From NCBI GenBank assembly GCA_964438695.1, contig CAYTKP010000003.1, positions 1 to 54,172 on the forward strand: a stretch of 54,172 nucleotides of DNA, read 5' to 3'. Position numbers and translations under genes: made by a program. This DNA comes from an uncultured Atribacterota bacterium. GTDB lineage: Bacteria; Atribacterota; Phoenicimicrobiia; Phoenicimicrobiales; Phoenicimicrobiaceae. Shown here one piece after another: positions 36,633-45,061 of the stretch (the first letter of the stretch is position 1; every line of letters starts with the position of its first letter). The notes beneath the pieces were generated by a model. That model was not told the DNA's origin, did no database searches, and saw nothing but the letters and a program-made list of their open reading frames with translations.

Positions 36633-37770
36633 AAATGCTGATATAGTTATAATTGGCGGTGGAGTAATCGGTTGTAGTATTGCCTATAACTTATCTAAAT
36701 TAGGGGCTGAAGATATAGTATTATTAGAAAAGAATACTTTAGCCAGTGGTTCAACCGGCAGATGTGGAGCAGGAATCAGACAACAGTTTGGTACTGAAAT
36801 GAACTGTATCCTGGCCCGAGAGAGTATTAAGATTTTTGAGAATTTAAGTGAAGAACTGGATTATGATATTGAACTTAATCAGGGGGGTTATTTAATCTTG
36901 GCTTATACTGAAAAAGAAGTTAATCAATTTAAGAAAAATGTAGCCCTGCAACAATCTTTAGGTATAGATTCCAAATTTATTACAGTTAAAGAAGCCAAAG
37001 AGATTGCTCCACCTCTAGATACAGAAGGTGTATTGGCTGCGACTTTTTGTTCTACTGATGGTCATGCAGATCCCTTTAAAACCAACTTTGCCTATGCGGA
37101 AGCAGCTAAGAGGTTGGGGGTAAAGATATATACCTTTACTGAAGTAAAAGAGATTGATACAAAGAACAACAGGATAGTGGCAGTTAATACAAATAAAGGG
37201 AAGATATTTACTTCAATTGTAGTAAATGCGGCTGGAGGATATTCAGGAGTAATCGGAAAAATGGCAGGATTGGATTTACCAGTCTATTCCCAACGACATC
37301 AAATATTAATTACTGAACCAGTCGATCCCTTATTTCAGCCAATGTTAATGTCTTTTTCTCATAATTTCTATTGTCAGCAGACCCCTCACGGGAGTATAAT
37401 AATGGGTTTTGGTGACCCGAATGAACCTAAAGGATATAATATAAGCTCGAGTTGGCAGTTCGCTCGAGAGATGGCTCAAAAAATGACTGCAGTAGTACCT
37501 TTATTAAAAGAGGTGAGTATGGTAAGACAATGGGCTGGTCTATATAATGTTAGTCCTGATGCCCAACCAATCTTGGGAGAACATCCTAAAATGAACGGTT
37601 TTTATATGGCAATAGGATTTAGCGGACACGGATTTATGTTAGCCCCGATAACTAGTAAGTTAATTGCAGAATTAATATTAAACGGTAGGACATCTTTATC
37701 TATTGAAGATAAATTAGATATTGGGAGATTTGAAAGAGGAGAACTAATTCTTGAACCTTCAGTAGTTTAA
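36616..37770 (+). CDS. DAO-family FAD-dependent amino-acid dehydrogenase/oxidase subunit (SoxB / HcnC / ThiO / PDH-beta-like)
   Basis: DIVIIGGGVIGCSIAYNL dinucleotide fold and GFSGHGFMLAP near the C-terminus. 384 aa. Confidence 0.8.
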   Translation: MMMMIKNADIVIIGGGVIGCSIAYNLSKLGAEDIVLLEKNTLASGSTGRCGAGIRQQFGTEMNCILARESIKIFENLSEELDYDIELNQGGYLILAYTEKEVNQFKKNVALQQSLGIDSKFITVKEAKEIAPPLDTEGVLAATFCSTDGHADPFKTNFAYAEAAKRLGVKIYTFTEVKEIDTKNNRIVAVNTNKGKIFTSIVVNAAGGYSGVIGKMAGLDLPVYSQRHQILITEPVDPLFQPMLMSFSHNFYCQQTPHGSIIMGFGDPNEPKGYNISSSWQFAREMAQKMTAVVPLLKEVSMVRQWAGLYNVSPDAQPILGEHPKMNGFYMAIGFSGHGFMLAPITSKLIAELILNGRTSLSIEDKLDIGRFERGELILEPSVV

Positions 37771-37998
37771 AAGTGCACAAAATAGTAATTTACTAGGAAG
37801 ACAATGTATAACCTATTAAAAATATTTTTGACTTTTGAGAAATATTCATCCTGTGAATTTGTAGAAAAGATAAAAAATTTTATATTTATATATGGGTAAA
37901 AAGAAGGATTTTTTAATTTTTTATAGAACTAATAATATGTTATATAATATAAGATTGGTGATTTTAATAGAAAGTCACCAAGAAAAAAGGTTTCTCGC

Positions 37999-38042
37999 AT
38001 TTTGCAAGATTCTTAATTAACAAGGAATAATATTTTGCAAGA
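37999..38042 (+). repeat. two direct ATTTTGCAAGA 11-mers, 33 bp apart, upstream of the Liv transporter
   Basis: Copies at 37999-38009 and 38032-38042, flanking a TTAATTAA palindrome. Confidence 0.35.
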
Positions 38043-38174
38043 AACTAATGATAAAAAAGAAGGAGGTGAAGTATTTACTAAAATAACTTAAAAGAAAATA
38101 TAATTATCAGATAGTTTATCAAGCCTATAGGTTTTAGTAATTTTTTATTTTAAAAAATAAAAGGAGGATTAAAG

Positions 38175-39341
38175 ATGAAAAGTATTAAATATTTATTAGT
38201 TATTAGTTTGTTAATATTCGCTTTTAGTGTAACTTGTTCAGGTGTAATGGCGGCAGATAAGCCACCAGTTGTAATTGGGCTTCAGGGACCGATAACTGGA
38301 GCCTGGGCATATGAAGGTCAAATGGCGAAACAATCTTGTGAGATAGCAGCCCAATTAATTAATGAAAAAGGTGGTATTTTAGGTGGTAGAATGATTGAAC
38401 TTAGAGTAGCTGATGACGCCTGTGAACCAAAAGCAGGAGCTTTAGCAGCAATGAAGCTAATTTCTCAGAAGGATGTAGTAGCTGCTATTTCGACTTATGG
38501 TTCATCAGTATGCGAACCTGCTTCTAATCTTTATGAAAAGTTTAAGAAAGTTAATATTGCTTATGGGGCAACTGCTGTTCGTTTAACTGAAAGAGGATTG
38601 AAGTACTTTTTCCGAACTTGTGGTATTGATAGTGCCCAGGGTATTTTCTTTGCGGATTATGTTCCCAGAGTTTTTGGAGCAAAGAGAATAGCTATTATAC
38701 ATGATAATACTACCTTTGCTAAAGGAGTTGCCGAAGAGACTAAAAAAGCATTGCAATCAAAGGTTGATGCGGGAGAAGTAGAGATAGTATATTATGATGC
38801 TATTACTCCAGGTGAGAAGGATTTCTCTGTTCCTTTAACTAAAGTTAGAGAGACCAATCCAGATGTCCTCTACTTTACTGGTTATTATCCCGAAGCTGCC
38901 TTAATAGTATCTCAAGCTCGAGATATAGGTATTACTTGTCCCTTTGTCGGGGGTAACGCGGCTATCAATGATGAATTTGTAAAAATTGCTGGGATAGAGA
39001 AGGCAAAAGGATGTTTTATGACTCAAGAACCTATGCCAGCAGAACTTCCCTACCCAGAATCAAAGGTATTTTTAAAAGCATATAAAGCGAAATATGGAGA
39101 AATACCTTCCAGCCCCTGGCCAGTATATGCTGCTGATGCCTTAAATATTATTGCTTACGTAATTGATAAAACCGGTTCTACCGATTCTGATATTTTGGCA
39201 GAGTATCTGAGAAATGAAGTTGATGGTGTTCCAGGAGTTACTGGTTCAATCGGTTTTACGGAAAAAGGAGATAGGGAAGGAGTTCCGTATCTAATGTATG
39301 TAGTAAACGAAGAAGGTGGCTTCGATATTTACAATAAATAA
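38175..39341 (+). CDS. ABC transporter substrate-binding lipoprotein, LivJ/LivK (branched-chain/amino-acid) family
   Basis: Signal peptide with a lipobox-like FSVTCSG, and type I periplasmic-binding fold motifs (VVIGLQGPITG, YFTGYYPE). Confidence 0.85.
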   Translation: MKSIKYLLVISLLIFAFSVTCSGVMAADKPPVVIGLQGPITGAWAYEGQMAKQSCEIAAQLINEKGGILGGRMIELRVADDACEPKAGALAAMKLISQKDVVAAISTYGSSVCEPASNLYEKFKKVNIAYGATAVRLTERGLKYFFRTCGIDSAQGIFFADYVPRVFGAKRIAIIHDNTTFAKGVAEETKKALQSKVDAGEVEIVYYDAITPGEKDFSVPLTKVRETNPDVLYFTGYYPEAALIVSQARDIGITCPFVGGNAAINDEFVKIAGIEKAKGCFMTQEPMPAELPYPESKVFLKAYKAKYGEIPSSPWPVYAADALNIIAYVIDKTGSTDSDILAEYLRNEVDGVPGVTGSIGFTEKGDREGVPYLMYVVNEEGGFDIYNK

Positions 39342-39360
39342 AAAAGTAAAGGGGTAAAAG

Positions 39361-40272
39361 ATGAGAATTTTTTTGGAGCAGATGATAAATGGACTAACAA
39401 TCGGGTCTTTTTATGCTTTAATTGCCTTAGGGTATTCTATGGTATATGGAGTAATGAAACTAATTAATTTTGCTCATGGAGATTTATTTGCTCTAGGTTC
39501 TTACCTCGGATTTACCCTTCTTGTATGGGGAAATGCCTATGTGACCACAAATTTTGGCTTAGCAGGAGGAATGATTGCGGCTATATTAATAGCCGCAATC
39601 GGCATAGGTGTGGCTGGAATATTGGTTGAGCGGATAGCCTACCGCCCGATTTATCCAGCAGGGCGGCTTCCCGCAGTCGTTTCTGCTTTAGGTGTATCAA
39701 TTATTTTAGAAAATATGATTATGGTAATCTGGGGTCCACGTTATCAGGCTTATCCTGTAGATGTTGTACCTGCAGCACGTTTTGAAATAGGTGGAATTCA
39801 TATCACACTTCTTCAAATAATTATTTTAATTCTGTCTTTTGCATTATTAGCTTTCTTATATTATGTAATTCAAAAGACAACTTTTGGGGCAGCTATTAGG
39901 GCTTCAGCTCTGGATAGGGATACTGCTGCCTTAATGGGAATAAATATAAATACTGTAATATTTTTTATTTTTGCTTTAGGTCCTGCTTTAGGTGGAGTGG
40001 CTGGAGTTATGGTAGGAATGTATTATCGTCAAATAAGTTTTACTATGGGTTGGAACTACGGATTAAAAGCTTTTACTGCTACAATTTTAGGGGGTATTGG
40101 CAATATCCCAGGGGCAATGGTGGGAGGACTTCTTTTAGGAATCTTTGAAATGTTAGGTTCTGCCTATATTTCCACAGCTTATAAGGATGTCTTTGTGTTT
40201 TTAATCCTGATATTAGTTTTAATCTTTCGTCCCAGAGGTCTTTTGGGTGAAAAAGTTGCGGAAAAGGTGTAA
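39361..40272 (+). CDS. livH: branched-chain amino acid ABC permease LivH-type
   Basis: LNGLTIGSFYALIALGYSMVYGV..INFAHG N-terminus typical of LivH. Confidence 0.88.
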   Translation: MRIFLEQMINGLTIGSFYALIALGYSMVYGVMKLINFAHGDLFALGSYLGFTLLVWGNAYVTTNFGLAGGMIAAILIAAIGIGVAGILVERIAYRPIYPAGRLPAVVSALGVSIILENMIMVIWGPRYQAYPVDVVPAARFEIGGIHITLLQIIILILSFALLAFLYYVIQKTTFGAAIRASALDRDTAALMGININTVIFFIFALGPALGGVAGVMVGMYYRQISFTMGWNYGLKAFTATILGGIGNIPGAMVGGLLLGIFEMLGSAYISTAYKDVFVFLILILVLIFRPRGLLGEKVAEKV

Positions 40273-40284
40273 GGGGGTAAATAA

Positions 40285-41268
40285 ATGAAATTAAATGGAA
40301 ATACTATTTTTAAGAACTGGCCTATTTTTATAGTAGTATTATTATTAGCAGTGTCCCCTTTTATAATGAATAATTATTGGATTGATGTCTTCTTTTTCTT
40401 CGGAATTTATGCTCTTTTAGGCTTAAGTTTGAATATTGTTTTAGGAGAAGTAGGGTTATTTGATTTGGGGCATATGGGATTTATGGCTATTGGTGCCTAT
40501 GCTACTGCTATTCTTAATACTCATTTTGGTATTCCCATAATATTTTTAATGCCAGTTAGTGCTCTGGCAGCAGCTGGTTTTGCCTGGTTAGTCTGTTCCC
40601 CTATCATTCATTTGCGAGGGGATTATCTTTGCATTGTTACTATTGGTATGGGAGAAATTGTAAGATTAACTCTTATCAATAATCCCTTTGGTATTACTGG
40701 AGGGCCAAATGGAGTTTTTGGAATAGATTTTCTTTCTTTTGGAGGCCCTTTAGTAATTGATACTTCTATTGAATCTTACTTTGTAATTTGGATAATAGTA
40801 GGATTGACCGTTCTCGCTCTTATTAATTTACAGCGTTCCCGAATAGGCCGAGCATGGAATTGTATTCGAGAAGATGAAATCGCTGCTGAATCAACTGGAA
40901 TCGATGTCAGACACTATAAACTGTTGGCTTTTATTTTAGGCGCGGGCTTAGCCGGAGTAGCTGGCAATATATATGCCAGTAAATTAATGATTGTATCTCC
41001 CGAGAGTTTTACTTTTATGGAATCCTGTATGCTTTTCTGTATAGTTCTTATTGGAGGAATGGGATCTATCCCCGGGGTATTGATAGGTTCTGCAGCTGTC
41101 AGTCTTTTCCCCGAAGTATTTCGAACATTTGCCCAGTATCGGATGTTGATATTTGGGGTAGCAATGGTGGTTATGATGATCTTTAGGCCCGGTGGCATCT
41201 GGCCCAGGAAGAGGGGAGCAATTGAATTTAAATCACTTTTACCAAAGGCAGGAGAAGACAATGTCTAA
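40285..41268 (+). CDS. livM: branched-chain amino acid ABC permease LivM-type
   Basis: GEVGLFDLGHMGFMAIGAY and ITGGPNG motifs. Confidence 0.88.
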   Translation: MKLNGNTIFKNWPIFIVVLLLAVSPFIMNNYWIDVFFFFGIYALLGLSLNIVLGEVGLFDLGHMGFMAIGAYATAILNTHFGIPIIFLMPVSALAAAGFAWLVCSPIIHLRGDYLCIVTIGMGEIVRLTLINNPFGITGGPNGVFGIDFLSFGGPLVIDTSIESYFVIWIIVGLTVLALINLQRSRIGRAWNCIREDEIAAESTGIDVRHYKLLAFILGAGLAGVAGNIYASKLMIVSPESFTFMESCMLFCIVLIGGMGSIPGVLIGSAAVSLFPEVFRTFAQYRMLIFGVAMVVMMIFRPGGIWPRKRGAIEFKSLLPKAGEDNV

Positions 41269-42115
41269 GGATAGTAATTGCAATATTGAAATAGTAAACA
41301 AAGCTGAAAACGAAATTAAAGAGATTAATGAACTTAATGAAGTTATTTTGCAAACTGTAAAATTAACTAAAAAATTTGGCGGCTTAATTGCAGTAAATAA
41401 TTTTGATTTAAAAGTAAATCGGGGAGAAATTAGTAGTCTGATAGGTCCTAATGGAGCGGGGAAAACCACTGTTTTTAATGTGGTTACTGGTATATATCAA
41501 GCTGATGGAGGGAAAGTCGTATTTAAAGGGGAAGACCTTGCCGGGAAAAAACCCCACCAAATCGTTGAAAAGGGCATTGCTCGTACTTTCCAAAATATTA
41601 GGTTATTTAATAATATGACTTGCTTAGAAAATGTAATGGCTGGCAAGCACTGTCGAAGTAAAGAAGGTGTAGGGTCTTCTATTTTTAGAACTTTTTCGCA
41701 GAGGAAGGAAGAATCAGAAATTCGAGAAATTGCCAAAAGACGCCTTCAACAGGTAGGGCTATGGAAATATCGAGATGAGTTAGCAAAAAATATTGCTTAT
41801 GGCAATCAAAGGATGTTGGAAATTGCCCGAGCTTTAGCTTCTAATCCTAATTTATTGATTTTAGATGAACCAAGTAGTGGTCTAAATGATAAAGAATCGG
41901 AAGATCTGGTAAAATTTCTTAGAGATTTATTAAAAGAAAATCTGACTATTTTACTTATTGAGCATGATATGAATGTGGTTATGGGGATTTCTGACTGGGT
42001 AACAGTAATGGACGAAGGAAAGAAAATTGCCGAAGGTAAACCAGAAGAAGTTTACCATAATCCAATTGTAATTGAGGCATATCTTGGTAAAGAGGAAGAA
42101 GAGGAGGAGGGCTAA
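41261..42115 (+). CDS. livG: ABC ATPase LivG-type
   Basis: Walker A GPNGAGKTT, signature YGNQRMLEIARAL, Walker B LLILDEPSSG. ATG 41261 is preceded by AGGAGAAG; the ORF-track start at 41192 was rejected. Confidence 0.88.
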   Translation: MSKDSNCNIEIVNKAENEIKEINELNEVILQTVKLTKKFGGLIAVNNFDLKVNRGEISSLIGPNGAGKTTVFNVVTGIYQADGGKVVFKGEDLAGKKPHQIVEKGIARTFQNIRLFNNMTCLENVMAGKHCRSKEGVGSSIFRTFSQRKEESEIREIAKRRLQQVGLWKYRDELAKNIAYGNQRMLEIARALASNPNLLILDEPSSGLNDKESEDLVKFLRDLLKENLTILLIEHDMNVVMGISDWVTVMDEGKKIAEGKPEEVYHNPIVIEAYLGKEEEEEEG

Positions 42116-42120
42116 AAGAT

Positions 42121-42858
42121 ATGAGTGTGCTGTTTAAGGTTAATGATTTACATATATTCTATGGTTCTATTGAAGCACTTAAAGGTATTTCTCTGGAAGT
42201 TAATAAAGGTGAAATAGTGACAGTTTTAGGGGCAAATGGTGCAGGAAAGAGTACTCTTTTGAGGGCAATTTCTGGTTTATTACCTATAAAAAAAGGAAAA
42301 ATCCAATTTGAGGGAAAAGAGCTCAATAATGTTTCAGCCTTTAAAATAGTTATGAGAGGTATTTCTCATGTCCCCGAAGGTCGAAAAGTATTTGCAACTC
42401 TTACTGTAGAGGAAAATCTTAATTTAGGAGCCTTTATCGATAGAAAAAATATAAAATTGGTTAAGGAAAGAAAAGAAAGAGTATATAATCTATTCCCAAT
42501 TTTAGAAAAAAGAAAGAACCAATTATCTGGGACGCTTTCTGGTGGAGAACAACAAATGTTGGCTATTGGAAGAGGTTTAATGAGTAATCCCAAGATGCTG
42601 CTTTTAGATGAGCCTTCTCTGGGTTTAGCTCCCTTATTGGTGAAACAAATTTTTAAAATAATCTATGAAATAAATAGCCAGGGTATTGCAATATTATTAG
42701 TAGAACAGAATGCCCGTAAAGCACTTAGTATAGCTCACCGAGGATATATTTTGGAAACTGGAAATATTTCAATTAGCGGATTATCTTCAGAATTAAAAAA
42801 TAACCAAAAAGTTCAAGAGGCTTATTTGGGAGGCGCTGCTCTGAAAAATATTAAATAG
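42121..42858 (+). CDS. livF: ABC ATPase LivF-type
   Basis: Walker A GANGAGKST, signature LSGGEQQMLAIGRGL, Walker B LLLDEPSLG. Confidence 0.88.
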   Translation: MSVLFKVNDLHIFYGSIEALKGISLEVNKGEIVTVLGANGAGKSTLLRAISGLLPIKKGKIQFEGKELNNVSAFKIVMRGISHVPEGRKVFATLTVEENLNLGAFIDRKNIKLVKERKERVYNLFPILEKRKNQLSGTLSGGEQQMLAIGRGLMSNPKMLLLDEPSLGLAPLLVKQIFKIIYEINSQGIAILLVEQNARKALSIAHRGYILETGNISISGLSSELKNNQKVQEAYLGGAALKNIK

Positions 42859-43288
42859 TGACCAAAATTACTAAAAATAATAAGGTATTGAAATCATATA
42901 TACTACTACCTTCCCTGATAATCGTATCAAAATATTATCCTTTTTCTCATCTACCTGAGGACAAACTTCTATCTTTTTCTCTTTCTTAACTCGGATCCCA
43001 TTTTATTATATACTTGATATTTTTTGCAAATAATTGAAAAAATATAAAAATTTTGATATATTAAGCACAAACTAAGTTAGTATTTAATATATAATATGTG
43101 TAGTGTATCCTTTATAAAACATTATTTGCTTATTTAGTTCAGAAAAAGACCCAATAACTGAAAGCTATTAATGGGAAATTATTTAAAATAACGATTATAT
43201 AAAAACAGCTAATTTAACTGTTAAACAGAAAAATTGATAATAAATATACAAAAGTAAACACAAATAAAATGTAAGGGAAAAACAAATT

Positions 43289-43987
43289 ATGATAAAGAAA
43301 ACGAATATAAAAGATAAAAAAATATATTTTGATGAGGAGCTTGCGGATTTAAAAGAAAATTTGATAAAGATGTCGAATCTGGTTAAAGAAGCAATTGAAA
43401 TGTCAATAAGGTCTTTAGTTGAACAAAATTTAGATTTAGCTGCGAAAGTAATAGAAAATGATGATGTAATTGATAAGATGGAAGTTGATATTGAGGAACA
43501 ATGTTTACAGATGATTGCTTTACGTCATCCAATTGCCAAAACCCTGAGAATCATTGGGTGTGGATTTAAGACTATTTCTGATTTGGAGAGAGTTGCAGAT
43601 CATGCAGTAAATATAGCTAAGGCAAGCCAATATTTATCTACCAAACCAATGGTAAAACCTTTAGTAGATATTCCTCGGATGGCTGAAATTGCTCAAAATA
43701 TGTTAAGGGATGGTTTAACTGCGTATTTTAATGGAGATGTGGAAATGGCAAAGGAAGTATGGCTAAGAGATAAAACAGTTGACAACCTGAATGAGCAAAT
43801 ATTTCGAGAACTATTAACCTTTATGATGGAGGATCCTCATACCATTAGCCGGGCAATCTATTTAATTTTTGTTTCAGATAATATTGAACGGATTGCAGAC
43901 CATGCCACAAATCTAGCAGAGCGAGTAGCCTATATTGTTAATGGTGAGAGACTAAATAAATACTTCAAAAATAGCAATAAGGAGTAA
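43289..43987 (+). CDS. phoU: phosphate signalling regulator PhoU
   Basis: Two PhoU repeats ending in ERVADHAVNIA and ERIADHATNLAE. Confidence 0.9.
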   Translation: MIKKTNIKDKKIYFDEELADLKENLIKMSNLVKEAIEMSIRSLVEQNLDLAAKVIENDDVIDKMEVDIEEQCLQMIALRHPIAKTLRIIGCGFKTISDLERVADHAVNIAKASQYLSTKPMVKPLVDIPRMAEIAQNMLRDGLTAYFNGDVEMAKEVWLRDKTVDNLNEQIFRELLTFMMEDPHTISRAIYLIFVSDNIERIADHATNLAERVAYIVNGERLNKYFKNSNKE

Positions 43988-44012
43988 TAATTTTGGGGTA
44001 GTTAAAGATAAT

Positions 44013-44684
44013 CTGGAGATAATAAATAAAAGAATAAAAGAAGCAGCTTTAAGAGTAAATAGAAATCCCGATGGAATTAAGTTAGTAGCAGTTACTAAAA
44101 CTGCTACTATAGAACAGATAAAAGAAGCAATAGATGCAGGAGTAAAAATTATTGGTGAGAATAGAGTGCAGGAAGCGAAGGAAAAATATCAAATGCTAAC
44201 TGATGATATAGAATACCACTTAGTAGGTCACTTGCAAACTAATAAAGCAAAATATGCTGTGGAATTGTTTGATTTAATTCATTCTGTAGATAGTGTGAAA
44301 TTAGCTAAAGAAATAGAGAGGCGGTCCATACAGTGTAATAGAATTGTGGATATATTAGTTGAGGTAAATGTATCTGGTGAAGAAACTAAATATGGAATTA
44401 GACCTGAAGAAGTGGAACTTTTTATAAGAGAGATTTCTAGATTTTCTGGAATAAGGGTAAAAGGTTTAATGACTATTGCACCTATTGCCCAAAATCAGGA
44501 GAAAGTCCGTCCTTATTTTAGAAAACTTAGGGAATTAAGTGAGCAGATAAATGATATGAATATAGAAAATATAAAGATGGAATACCTTTCCATGGGAATG
44601 ACAGATGATTTTGAGGTTGCCATTGAGGAGGGTTCTAATATGGTTAGAATCGGCAGAGGGATATTTAGTTTAAAGAAAAATTGA
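44013..44684 (+). CDS. yggS: YggS/YlmE PLP-homeostasis protein (start codon unresolved)
   Basis: KLVAVTKT (PLP lysine), GENRVQE, HLVGHLQTNK and LSMGMTDD. The frame is open from 43956, but the first ATG/GTG/TTG is GTG 44166, downstream of the PLP lysine. 44013 is a CTG; TTG 43993 with a good RBS is one base out of frame. Confidence 0.75.
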   Translation: MEIINKRIKEAALRVNRNPDGIKLVAVTKTATIEQIKEAIDAGVKIIGENRVQEAKEKYQMLTDDIEYHLVGHLQTNKAKYAVELFDLIHSVDSVKLAKEIERRSIQCNRIVDILVEVNVSGEETKYGIRPEEVELFIREISRFSGIRVKGLMTIAPIAQNQEKVRPYFRKLRELSEQINDMNIENIKMEYLSMGMTDDFEVAIEEGSNMVRIGRGIFSLKKN

Positions 44685-44705
44685 AAGCAAACGGAAGGAA
44701 TATTT

Positions 44706-44975
44706 ATGTTTTTACTAATTCGGATAGTTGATATATTTTTTAGAGTTTATAGTTATTTTATTTTGGCGAGAATATTTTTATCTTGGATACCAGTGGATCA
44801 CTATAACCCAATAGTACAATTCATATATAGAATTACCGAACCTATTTTAGCACCTTTTAGAGTAATTTTACCTTTGGGAAGTGTGGGGTTAGACCTATCA
44901 CCGATAATTGTCTTTTTTTTATTGAATCTACTTCATAGTTCAATAATTAATATACTTGTAAGATTAGCACTTTAG
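44706..44975 (+). CDS. yggT: YggT/YlmG family membrane protein
   Basis: 89 aa with two TM segments and the pattern FILARIFLSW...NPIVQFIYRITEPILAPFR. Confidence 0.8.
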   Translation: MFLLIRIVDIFFRVYSYFILARIFLSWIPVDHYNPIVQFIYRITEPILAPFRVILPLGSVGLDLSPIIVFFLLNLLHSSIINILVRLAL

Positions 44976-45061
44976 CATAGATATTTAAAAATTTACTTAT
45001 GTTTGTAGAAGTGGGCAAAGAATTAGTTGGATTGAATTATTAAATGAGGGGGAATGATTGA

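Noticed and set aside
34468-37770. Calling the Fe-S/FAD cluster hcnABC (cyanide synthase) outright
   Set aside because: The subunit composition only partly matches: there are extra 4Fe-4S and BFD-like subunits and a shorter HcnB-like protein. The same fold set occurs in opine, sarcosine and proline dehydrogenases, so substrate and product cannot be read from the sequence.
38048-38086. 12-codon mini-ORF (MIKKKEVKYLLK) upstream of the liv operon, considered as a possible attenuation leader peptide
   Set aside because: It has no convincing RBS at the right spacing and only four branched-chain codons, none consecutive. No obvious alternative terminator/antiterminator pair follows.
40914-41736. 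Several minus-strand ORFs (40914-41261, 41239-41469, 41408-41593, 41497-41736) within livM/livG
   Set aside because: They are antisense shadows in the G+C-richer liv genes. The sense-strand ABC motifs are unambiguous.
43034-43062. TTGAAA-17-(TGa)TATATT extended -10 promoter ~220 nt upstream of phoU
   Set aside because: It is plausible, but this spacer is so AT-rich that many equally good hexamer pairs exist. It is not reported as a feature.
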